From Candidatus Poribacteria bacterium (GTDB taxonomy: Bacteria; Poribacteria; WGA-4E; PCPOR2b), in NCBI GenBank assembly GCA_965208325.1, contig OZ242326.1, positions 128,001 to 192,000 of the forward strand: a stretch of 64,000 bases of DNA, given 5' to 3'. The notes under the pieces were generated by a model. The model ran no database searches. It worked only from the letters and a program-made list of their open reading frames with translations, and was not told where the DNA came from. This document shows, one piece after another, positions 50,366 to 59,455 of the stretch (position 1 is its first letter; each line of letters opens with the position of its first letter). Position numbers and translations under genes: made by a program.

Positions 50366-51925
50366 TTAATCTACATAGATTTCACGATTTGTGTCTTGGG
50401 CGAATATCCGATAGTCTTCAAGGTGCATGTCGGGATCTCCCTTAAACCGAATGGTCAGTTTCATTGATTCTTCAAGTTGGCGAACCTTGCCGGCTTTCTC
50501 ATTGAGAAGATGTGACACGATCATCTCGTTCGCCACGATTTCCAACCTTCTTTTTCGTGATTTCTGATGGGCTTTTTTAACGGTTCGGAGTAAGCCGATG
50601 GTAACCGTGTCCACCGAAAACACAGTGCCGTGTCCTTCGCAGTAGGGGCACGGCTCGGTGAGCAGCGTTGGCAGACTTGGTTTGGTTCTCTGCCGGGTCA
50701 TTTCGACGAGGCCGATTTCAGAAAAGTGGAGGATATTCGTTCGGGCGCGGTCCTTTTTCAATGCCTGCTGCAACAGCTTGTACACCATCTTTCGGTGTTC
50801 GGACTGGTCCATATCAATAAAATCGATAACGATAATCCCGCCAATATCTCTCAATCGGATTTGCCGAACCACCTCCTCAACGGCTTCAAGGTTTGCGCTC
50901 AGAATGGTATCATCCGGATCGCCTTTGCCGACGAATTTTCCCGTATTGACATCAACGGAAAACATCGCCTCCGTTTTTTGGATGACGATATGTCCGCCGC
51001 ATTTTAGCCAGATTTTCTCGGTTAATGCCTTCTTGAGCTCTTTTTCAATGCCGTAAGATTCAAAGATAGGGCTGGGTTTGTCGTAGAGTTTGACGCGTGA
51101 TCGAAGTTCCGGTAGTGCGGTGGATAGGTAATTGAGGGTTTCTCGGTATTTTTCTTTGGAATCAATGAAGATTTGGCTGACCTCGTTCGTCAAATAGTCA
51201 CGGATCATTCGAGCGGTAAAACCGAGATCCTGATGCACCAAGTGGGGCGCGGACATTTTTTCGGACCGTTCGCAGATTCCCTTCCATTGATTAATCAAGT
51301 ATCGAATTTCCGTCGCAAGTTCCTCTTCCGAAGCCCCTTCGGCCGCTGTGCGAATAATAAATCCACCTTCAACATCGGAACGCAGCGATTGCGCGATGTC
51401 TTTGAGGCGCTGCCGCTCTTCCGCGGATTCAATCCGCCGTGAAACGCCGATGCTTGATGAAGTGGATAAGTAGACAATGAATCTGCCCGGCAGGGTAACA
51501 CAGGCGGTGACACGCGGCCCTTTTGTTCCAATAGGTTCTTTTACGACTTGGACGAGGATTTCTTGGTTCTTGCGAAGCAGATTGCTTATCGAATAAAAAC
51601 TCCCCCTTCCGCCTCTTGGCGAATCTTTAGCGTTTGCGGCAAGACTCTCCTTCGTCGTATCCTTTTCTATGTCCTCTGCCTCGAAATCGTAATGAATATC
51701 CGAGGCATGGAGGAAGGCATGCCGATCCAATCCGATATCGACGAAGGCAATTTGCATACCGGGGAGTACGTTTTCAACGCGCCCCTTATAGACATTGCCG
51801 AGAGACTGCTCATCATCCTTGCGTTCAATTTCAATCTCGCTAAGAACACGATCTTCTACGATAGCGCATCTGGACTCATATTCATCGTCAGAGATTAAAA
51901 TCTCTTTTTGCATTGTCGCCTCCAT
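50366..51925 (-). CDS. rng: ribonuclease E/G family (RNase G)
   Basis: S1 domain GNVYKGRV, DVNTGKF, RLRDIGGIIVIDFIDM, CPYC. Confidence 0.93.
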   Translation of the reverse strand: MEATMQKEILISDDEYESRCAIVEDRVLSEIEIERKDDEQSLGNVYKGRVENVLPGMQIAFVDIGLDRHAFLHASDIHYDFEAEDIEKDTTKESLAANAKDSPRGGRGSFYSISNLLRKNQEILVQVVKEPIGTKGPRVTACVTLPGRFIVYLSTSSSIGVSRRIESAEERQRLKDIAQSLRSDVEGGFIIRTAAEGASEEELATEIRYLINQWKGICERSEKMSAPHLVHQDLGFTARMIRDYLTNEVSQIFIDSKEKYRETLNYLSTALPELRSRVKLYDKPSPIFESYGIEKELKKALTEKIWLKCGGHIVIQKTEAMFSVDVNTGKFVGKGDPDDTILSANLEAVEEVVRQIRLRDIGGIIVIDFIDMDQSEHRKMVYKLLQQALKKDRARTNILHFSEIGLVEMTRQRTKPSLPTLLTEPCPYCEGHGTVFSVDTVTIGLLRTVKKAHQKSRKRRLEIVANEMIVSHLLNEKAGKVRQLEESMKLTIRFKGDPDMHLEDYRIFAQDTNREIYVD

Positions 51926-52537
51926 TCTTAAGTCGCTAATGCGTTGTCAGTTATCTCTCGCGGCGCTGCCGTGACAACTGCTACTGTGCACGACGGCGCA
52001 AAAGCGGGTGAAGCTACCGGCTTTTATGTTCAATTTGACAATGCACTAGGAGGTTTTAAAGTAACAAAATTATGGAGGCAACGGGCCTAACATCAAGTTT
52101 AGAATTTGTTCAAGAATTATCTTCCTATTAAAGATATATGAACGCACACGTCGGCACTGGTTTTCGATGTGGAGCGGAATCTTCGATTCAGGCACATTCT
52201 TTGCCTTGGATTACCATGCGCGACCATGTGCTGTAAAATTCTCTTCATACAATCATGTCTTTTTATCTTAAGTCAATATCCCGCTTGTATAACTCCCGAT
52301 CTGACACTGCTTCTGAATGTCAGAAAACCGAACGTCGGTAAGGGTTGAGGATGTATTTGCTAAACCAACTTGTTCAAACACTAATCAAATACATCGCACA
52401 TTCAGAATCCGTACCTGGATTCAATGTTGTAAAACCCATGTGTCGGGATTTTGATACAACGGTGACATTGATTTATTTCATTGAATGAAAGGTTGTCGGC
52501 CGCTTTTATCTGCGTGACAACACTCGCTCAAAACCCA

Positions 52538-54112
52538 TTAAGTTCCTTTGCGCGGCGTCATTGTGATTACCGGAATGATTAACTCGCTAGGTGAAATCCC
52601 GCCGTGCTGGAAGCCGCCGCGAAACTGTCGCGTATATTCATGATACTGATTTGGATAGACAAAATAGTAATCTTCCTTCGTTATAATATAGTTTTTACTT
52701 GAACCCTCAGCGGGTAACCTATATTCATTCGGATGCGCGATGTGTATAGCTTGATCTCTATTGCACCCGAGGTTCGTACCGACTTTGAAACGAAGGCTTG
52801 TGGACGTTTCGCGATTTCCAAGCGCTTTAGTAGGTCTATTGCAAAGAACGGAACCGTGGTCAGAGGTTAGGACGACGGTGGCGTTTCGGGTTGCAATAAT
52901 CTTCAAGACCTCAAAGAGCGCGGAATGGGCGAACCATGATTTTGCCAGTGAACGAAAGGCAGATTCATCCGGTGCTATTTGCTGAAGTACATTTGACTGT
53001 GAACGTTGATGGGTTAATATATCAATGAAGTTAACGACCAGAGCAGATAAACTGATTTGGTCGAAAGACGAAACTTGACGTAAAAACTCGTTGCCTCCCT
53101 TGGCGTCAAATATCTTGAAATACCTAATTCCTGGTTTAAGGTTCAGCCCGGCTCTTTGAAGCTTTTGTTGAAGGAGCTGTTTTTCATACCGATTCGTACT
53201 GGTTTCGTCTTCTGAGTTTTCCTGCCAATATTGCGGGAATTTCTTTGCAATCTCTTGAGGAAATAAACCGCTAAATAGTGCATTGCGAGAGTAGAGCGTT
53301 GCACTAGGCAAGATTGAGAAGTAAAAATCCCGATTGGTATAAAAATAGGGCCGAATCAGCGGCTCAATCGCCATCCAATGGTCGAGCCTGAGACAATCAA
53401 CAACAATAAAATAGGTGGGTCGTTTTTCGCGTAGATGTGGGATGACAAAATTATCTAACACATCCACAGATAAAATTGGCGAGTTTTCCCCTTTTAACCA
53501 GCGGGTATAGTCTCGCGAAACATAGTCCGAAAATGAAGCATTACACTCCTTTTTTAGCTCTACGTGAGTTTCTTCAAGGCCTGTTTGTCCCAATTGATCG
53601 AATTCGAGATCCCATTCGACCAATTTCAGATAAATTTCAATCCACTTGCGCCAATCCGGGGCGGTCTCTTTTGTGTGTCGAATCTGATCGAAATCGTGCG
53701 TGTAGTTGCGGGGTACCTGTCCTTCTGCAATCTTTGTCTGGTCTAGAACACGTTTCAAGGTAAGAGCGACCTGCGCTGCCCCGATTGGTTTCACCAGAAA
53801 ATCGCTAATCCGTTTCCCCAACGCCTCATTAACTACCTGATCATCATGGCATTGTGTTAGCATTACCACGGGCAAGGTCGGGTCAATCGCGCGGATGCGG
53901 TCCAATGCCGCTAAGCCGTCCTGCCCAGGCATCATCTGGTCAAGTAAAACCACATCATACCGCTGATTATTGAGCAGTGAAATTGCATCGTCCCCGTTGG
54001 ACACAGAGGTGACATCATAAGACTTTTCATTCAGAAAAAGGATGTGGGGTTTCAGGGCATCAATTTCATCATCAACCCATAAAATTTTGTGAGCGATATT
54101 TTGCATTAACAA
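52538..54112 (-). CDS. PorX-like response regulator (receiver + PglZ/alkaline-phosphatase-like domain)
   Basis: ILWVDDEID..KPHI, DQMMPG, DCLRLD, SILPSAT.YSRNALF, TSDHG, FQHGGIS. Confidence 0.88.
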   Translation of the reverse strand: MLMQNIAHKILWVDDEIDALKPHILFLNEKSYDVTSVSNGDDAISLLNNQRYDVVLLDQMMPGQDGLAALDRIRAIDPTLPVVMLTQCHDDQVVNEALGKRISDFLVKPIGAAQVALTLKRVLDQTKIAEGQVPRNYTHDFDQIRHTKETAPDWRKWIEIYLKLVEWDLEFDQLGQTGLEETHVELKKECNASFSDYVSRDYTRWLKGENSPILSVDVLDNFVIPHLREKRPTYFIVVDCLRLDHWMAIEPLIRPYFYTNRDFYFSILPSATLYSRNALFSGLFPQEIAKKFPQYWQENSEDETSTNRYEKQLLQQKLQRAGLNLKPGIRYFKIFDAKGGNEFLRQVSSFDQISLSALVVNFIDILTHQRSQSNVLQQIAPDESAFRSLAKSWFAHSALFEVLKIIATRNATVVLTSDHGSVLCNRPTKALGNRETSTSLRFKVGTNLGCNRDQAIHIAHPNEYRLPAEGSSKNYIITKEDYYFVYPNQYHEYTRQFRGGFQHGGISPSELIIPVITMTPRKGT

Positions 54113-54158
54113 CTCACCCCTTTTTCCCTTTTATCCTTCAAATTTAGGGAAGCCTCAA

Positions 54159-55673
54159 CTAGATTTCTTCTCGTTTCTCGCCGGATATTGTCCCGATTGG
54201 CAGTACAATTTCGAAGCTTGTCCCATTAGGCCCGGAGTCGACTAACCGGATTTTCCCATGATGGTGTGTCTCGACAATACGTTTGACAAGTGTTAATCCA
54301 AGCCCCCAACCGTGTTTCTTGGTTGTTACACCGGGGTGAAAAATTTTTCGGCGGTCTTTCCGTACAATCCCCTTGCCATTGTCCGTGTATCGAATAATGA
54401 TACGACGGTTCTTCTCATCAAATCTCGGATCGATTTCGATTAAACCGTTCGGTTTGTCGAGGGCATCGAGCGAATTGCGAATCAGGTTCTCAAAAACCCA
54501 TTGCATAAGTTCTGCATTGGCGAAGACGTATGGAAGTTCACCAGCAGTGACCCTGATGTCAACCGATTTGTTGCGATTGGGCAACCGTTTTTGATAGTAG
54601 GAAACGACATCGCCAATCACTTCGTTGACGTTGACTTCCGTTTTTTGCGGTTCCGATCCAATCGTCCCAAAGCGTGCCGTGATTTTCTGCAACCGGACGA
54701 TATCGTTATGCACATTTTCATAAATGCCGCTAACCGTAGCGTCGTCCGCTTCACGATTTCGAGTGGTCAACAACTCCAACCAGCCCATCAAAGAGGATAT
54801 TGGCGTTCCCAGTTGGTGTGCGGTTTCCTTGGCGAGACCGCCCCAGAGCGCCGCCTGTTCGCTGAACCTTATGCGCCGATAGCTCAGATACCCTACACCC
54901 AAGAAAGTTGCAAACACAGTTATCAATACAACCGGCATAATCATAATGCCAAGATAACGCGTCGCTTCGTAATAAAAAAAACCCTTACGCAAGTCAGGTG
55001 TGGTCTGCAGCGGCACCTCGCGTCCCAACACTTTGGAGCTCTGCACCAATTTTTCAGCCCGTGCCAACTGTTCCGGTGTAGCATGCTTGGCAGTAACTAA
55101 GTCGCCGCCCCAGATTCGCCACATCTGCGGTTTGCGGTTCAAATCCGTGACGACAAAGGGAACCTGTTCTATCGCTGTTACATCGGCGTCGCCATGAAAA
55201 AAATAGGCAGAAAGTTCGCGGTTTTCTAAGCTGTATTGAATGGACACCGGTCCATTCTTCTTCTCCATCCGGTCCAATGCGTCTTTGAGTTTAACTTGCT
55301 CGACAGGGGATAACGCAATTGAAGGCTCGGTGTTGACTTTTAGGTCGATTGCTTCATCAACGCCCTTGGCAATGACAACTTCCCCGTTATCTGCATCTGT
55401 AATGATGAACGATAGACGGCTTTCCGTCAATAACTGCTTAACTATTTGCGTCAATCCGTCTTGAAGTTCTCTGTCCTTCACCTCGGGTAATGTCGCCGCA
55501 AGGTGTGCCAACGGTCCGACCTGTTCCTCCAACGCTCGATCCAGCTGGAGAATCTGTCTGGTATAATACACGAAGGCGAGCGACAGAATGAGTAGCCCAA
55601 CGATAAAGTACGCTAACAGGAATCTCGTCGTGGCGTAACCAGTCGGCACAATCCTTTTGCGCTTGAACAGCAT
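54159..55673 (-). CDS. membrane sensor histidine kinase
   Basis: Two TM helices; H-box AKETAHQLGTP; ENLIRNS, DNGKG, GWGLGL. Confidence 0.92.
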   Translation of the reverse strand: MLFKRKRIVPTGYATTRFLLAYFIVGLLILSLAFVYYTRQILQLDRALEEQVGPLAHLAATLPEVKDRELQDGLTQIVKQLLTESRLSFIITDADNGEVVIAKGVDEAIDLKVNTEPSIALSPVEQVKLKDALDRMEKKNGPVSIQYSLENRELSAYFFHGDADVTAIEQVPFVVTDLNRKPQMWRIWGGDLVTAKHATPEQLARAEKLVQSSKVLGREVPLQTTPDLRKGFFYYEATRYLGIMIMPVVLITVFATFLGVGYLSYRRIRFSEQAALWGGLAKETAHQLGTPISSLMGWLELLTTRNREADDATVSGIYENVHNDIVRLQKITARFGTIGSEPQKTEVNVNEVIGDVVSYYQKRLPNRNKSVDIRVTAGELPYVFANAELMQWVFENLIRNSLDALDKPNGLIEIDPRFDEKNRRIIIRYTDNGKGIVRKDRRKIFHPGVTTKKHGWGLGLTLVKRIVETHHHGKIRLVDSGPNGTSFEIVLPIGTISGEKREEI

Positions 55674-56002
55674 CAGTCTTCCTCTATCCGACGAACAGAA
55701 AATCCCACATAATTCTATCAGAAAATCGGTTTTAAGTCAAGAATTGTTTAGTCGGAATAGCGAGTGGAATCATGCCGTGATTATGATTTGACAGACGCAA
55801 CGGTGCGGTTAGGCGGCATCGGTACATGCACTCACCCGAACCCATTGTAAGTGCGATAGTGTTCGCAAGTTTGGGGATTGGCACACCGTTTCCTAACGCC
55901 AAGATTGAGCGGACGCGGGGATTTCTTCTCCGATGTGAATTCAATTCCTAACTATGTATTATTGACGCAATTTATCCCTGTACGGGTTATCAATTTTTGG
56001 TC

Positions 56003-57583
56003 TCAAGGCATTTCGAACGTTCGGCGTAAAATACTTTGGTGGCCGAGGTCATTTTCGAGGTGGTAGATAACCGTATGAGTGCCGGCAATAGCGTCGATTT
56101 GGCTAACATTGATTGTTGGGCTGAGTGTGATAACCTCAGCGTCGTCACCGGCGATTGCCTCTTGGTGGGAAAATGGGCCGGAGCATCTTTCTCCGAGCGG
56201 ATTAAGGATTTTCCACGAGACCTTAATCCATTTTGGGCGCGGATTGAGTTTGACATAAACCACTAATTCATCCGCGAGCGAGTTCTCATTAAAGCCGAGC
56301 ACACCAAATTCAGAGAGCATTTTGGCTGTCATAGTTATTGGCGGAACGTATTCCAAGTAGCCCTTGCCGGGAATTGCTCGCCAGACCCCCTGCGTGCCCC
56401 AAGCAATCTGTTTAACAGGCAAATAGTCCAGGCCGAGGACGTTCACACGTATGCGTTCGCGCTGCAACGTTTCGATGACATAATCTAGGCTATACTCGGA
56501 CTTGCCGTCGTAATCTGCATCATGGAATGCAGCGTCACTCGCGAATACGAAGAACCGTTGCCTTCCCGTACGGAATTTTATCCTGTCCACCGCTGTCATT
56601 AGCGCGTCTAAACCGGATTCGAGGAGATCGCCCCCGCCCTCAAATTCAATCTCGTGAAGCCATGTTTTAAACTTACTGCGTTCGGTCGTAACACCGCGTG
56701 CATTTGGTTTTTCTTCCGTGGCATCGGAAAAAGTGACGAGGCCAACCGCTGCGTTGTGTCTCGTTCGCGCTAAATGATCCAGAAATTCATCGGCATAAGC
56801 CCGAATTCCACGAACATTGTCCTTCATGCTACCCGTCTTGTCGACGATAAATACGATATCAACTTCGGCTGTGGTTGCGGCCTCCGCAATGTCAAGCGCG
56901 AGATCGGTCATCAACTTGATGTAATTTCCTTGCGGTCGCGATGCCCCGCCGCTGCCGTAAGAGTTTCCTACAGGCGCCCCGCGCAGGACTGCGCCGCGCG
57001 TGTGCCAATACTGCATTTCGGCTGGATTAACCTCCAGAGAATTTGCTTTCAAACCCCTTCCCGACTCACTTATGCTGATATTTTCGTTTTCGGTTGGAGC
57101 GGTAACATCATCCGAACGCGTCGGTTGTAATGGCACAACTGCGGCAGCAATTGGTTGAGGTATCGGATAGGCAGAATTTGGCAAGCGGGAATGAGGATTC
57201 AGTCTAATCTGGTTAGATTTTGTTGACCGTTCCCCAATTTTGGAAGTTGTCTCGCGGTGCGCTGGGTTGTCGAATGAGGGTTCAACCTGCCATTCTGCAT
57301 CAGAAGTGGGCGTTGGCTTGGGCGGATCAAACTTCTTTGCCTCTTCCGTGGGCTTAGCAGGAGGCGGCGGCTTTTGAGGCTTACTAGGACGGTCTTCTAT
57401 ACGGGGTAAATACGAGATATCAATCGCAATCTCATCATGAACGGGTCGAGTCTGATAACGTTCATGCCAAAGCCGGGATAAGATAAGCAGGATAAGGAGG
57501 TGAACCATGAGCGAGTACATTAGAAAGGAGTAAGAATGTCTGCGCGGCTGCACGGTATCACCTGCTTTGAAAGTGGAAGGCAA
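56003..57583 (-). CDS. membrane-anchored vWA-domain protein with Pro-rich linker
   Basis: SLMVHLLILLIL anchor, KPQKPPPP linker, MIDAS-like DKTGSM, SDAAFH. Confidence 0.8.
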   Translation of the reverse strand: MPSTFKAGDTVQPRRHSYSFLMYSLMVHLLILLILSRLWHERYQTRPVHDEIAIDISYLPRIEDRPSKPQKPPPPAKPTEEAKKFDPPKPTPTSDAEWQVEPSFDNPAHRETTSKIGERSTKSNQIRLNPHSRLPNSAYPIPQPIAAAVVPLQPTRSDDVTAPTENENISISESGRGLKANSLEVNPAEMQYWHTRGAVLRGAPVGNSYGSGGASRPQGNYIKLMTDLALDIAEAATTAEVDIVFIVDKTGSMKDNVRGIRAYADEFLDHLARTRHNAAVGLVTFSDATEEKPNARGVTTERSKFKTWLHEIEFEGGGDLLESGLDALMTAVDRIKFRTGRQRFFVFASDAAFHDADYDGKSEYSLDYVIETLQRERIRVNVLGLDYLPVKQIAWGTQGVWRAIPGKGYLEYVPPITMTAKMLSEFGVLGFNENSLADELVVYVKLNPRPKWIKVSWKILNPLGERCSGPFSHQEAIAGDDAEVITLSPTINVSQIDAIAGTHTVIYHLENDLGHQSILRRTFEMP

Positions 57584-57697
57584 ATAGTAGGTAAGATTAA
57601 GTCATCCCCTCCACAAAATTCACCGACGAGCGTCAATCGCAATCTGTATTATCGGGCGGCAAACCTTAATTCATGGCGAGTTAGTTTGAAATTCCTG

Positions 57698-59449
57698 TCA
57701 TTGGCTGAGGAGTCGTTGGAATTCGAGATTGTTGCGAATTCCGTCTAACGCCCTATCAGTCTTTGCCGTTTCCTGATAGGATTTATCAAGCGAAAATGCA
57801 GTTTCAAATGCATCCAGCGCTTTTTCGAGGTTATCGGTTTTTACGTACGTGAGACCCAAATGATAATGGGCAGACGCCAAATAATCACCTAACGCCACAG
57901 CCTTTTCCAAGGCGGCCGCCGCTTCCCTATACTCGCCGCGTTTGTAGAGCACCCATCCAAGTGTGTCGTGAAATGTCGCGTTATTTGGTTCGCTCAGTAA
58001 CGTTTTCCTTGCGATGGATTCCGCTTTCTCCAAATGTACACCTGCATCCGCGAATGACCAAGCTAACGAGTCGAGACTAGCGATTGCGTACTCACGTACG
58101 TGGGCGTCAGGATCTTTTTCAGCCAATCGTTCAAGTCCCGGAAGTGCTCGAATGTCTCCGAGATCGCCAAGCGCGAACGCAGCGCTGCGGCGGACATTTT
58201 CAGCCTCCGAATTGAGCGCCGCAATGAGCGGCTTTACGGCTTGTCGGCTGCCAACGCGGCCTAATGCAATCACGGCAGTACTGCGAATGAAATCTTTTTC
58301 GTCTTTTAGCATCGCAATTAACGGTTGCACTGCGCGTTTGTCTTCAAGTGCGCCCAAGGCAACGACAGCACTCACACGAACGGAACTATTTTCGTCCTGG
58401 AGGGCATCAATGAGCGGCGCCACTGCCCGTTGCTCGCCAAGCCGTCCCAATATGCTCGCTATTTCAGCACGGATAGGATTATTTTCAACTTCGAAAAGTG
58501 TAAGCAATGGCTCCACCGCTGCGGGACCAAGCTTCTCCAACGCTGAAGCCGCAGTGGCGCGCACCAGAAGATTTTCGTTGTTCAGGACCGGAATCAACAG
58601 CGCGATCGCCGGTTCACCGAGCGCTACCAGTGCCTCCGCAGCTTTGTCGCGGATTGAAGGCTCATCGTTAAGTGCGGCAACCAAGGGAATTCCTGCTCGC
58701 ATATCGCCAAGCTGCCCTAAAACAGAAGTTGCAGCCTCACGAACCAACGGGCTCTCATCTTTTAACGCCTCAATTAGCGGCTCGACAGCGCGTTTATCGC
58801 CAAGTTGCCCAAGTGCTAAGGCAGCAAATGGGCGGGTATAGCTGTCCTGATTGATGGCAGTAAGCAGCGGCTCCACTGCTTGTTTATCCCCAAGATGCCC
58901 TAACGCAACCGCAGCCGAAAGGCGGACATCATTCTTCTTGTCCATAAGCGCCGCGATTAACGGTTCTGTGGCGCGCGCGTCCCCAAGTTGGCCCAACGCG
59001 AAGGCAGTGCTGCTGCGTACTCTACTGTTTTTGTCCTTCAGTACATCAAGCAGCGGTTCAACGACTCGTCTGTCGCCAAGTTGCCCAAGTGCAATGGCAG
59101 CACTTTCGCGGACATTACGCCTCTCTTTCTTGTCCTTAAGGGCAGCTAGCAACGGCTCGACTGCCTGTATGTCGCCAAGATGACCCAACGCAACCGCAGC
59201 ACTCTCGCGGACATCACGCTTCTCGCTTTTGTCATTGAGGCGATCCAACAGTGGAACTACTGCTCGCGAATCCCCAAGCCTACCCAATGCTTCCGACGCT
59301 TCTATGCGAGCATCCTTATCTGCACTCATCAGTTTTTGGGAATACTTGGCGAATTCATCCAGTTTTTCCTCGGGCGATGCAGGTTGAAAAAATCCAAGTG
59401 ACATCGCGGCAATGAGGATTAAAACAGAAATCGACTTGTAGTTTTTCAT
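57698..59449 (-). CDS. exported HEAT-repeat protein with C-terminal TPRs
   Basis: Signal peptide; repeated AAxALGxLGDxRAVEPL; DTLGWVLYKRG TPR. Confidence 0.88.
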   Translation of the reverse strand: MKNYKSISVLILIAAMSLGFFQPASPEEKLDEFAKYSQKLMSADKDARIEASEALGRLGDSRAVVPLLDRLNDKSEKRDVRESAAVALGHLGDIQAVEPLLAALKDKKERRNVRESAAIALGQLGDRRVVEPLLDVLKDKNSRVRSSTAFALGQLGDARATEPLIAALMDKKNDVRLSAAVALGHLGDKQAVEPLLTAINQDSYTRPFAALALGQLGDKRAVEPLIEALKDESPLVREAATSVLGQLGDMRAGIPLVAALNDEPSIRDKAAEALVALGEPAIALLIPVLNNENLLVRATAASALEKLGPAAVEPLLTLFEVENNPIRAEIASILGRLGEQRAVAPLIDALQDENSSVRVSAVVALGALEDKRAVQPLIAMLKDEKDFIRSTAVIALGRVGSRQAVKPLIAALNSEAENVRRSAAFALGDLGDIRALPGLERLAEKDPDAHVREYAIASLDSLAWSFADAGVHLEKAESIARKTLLSEPNNATFHDTLGWVLYKRGEYREAAAALEKAVALGDYLASAHYHLGLTYVKTDNLEKALDAFETAFSLDKSYQETAKTDRALDGIRNNLEFQRLLSQ

Positions 59450-59455
59450 GTTATT

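Noticed and set aside
51926..52537. ncRNA or riboswitch in the long rng leader (also 55674-56002 and 10268-10738)
   Set aside because: Only short isolated hairpins were seen and no family consensus was recognised; an Rfam/Infernal scan is needed.
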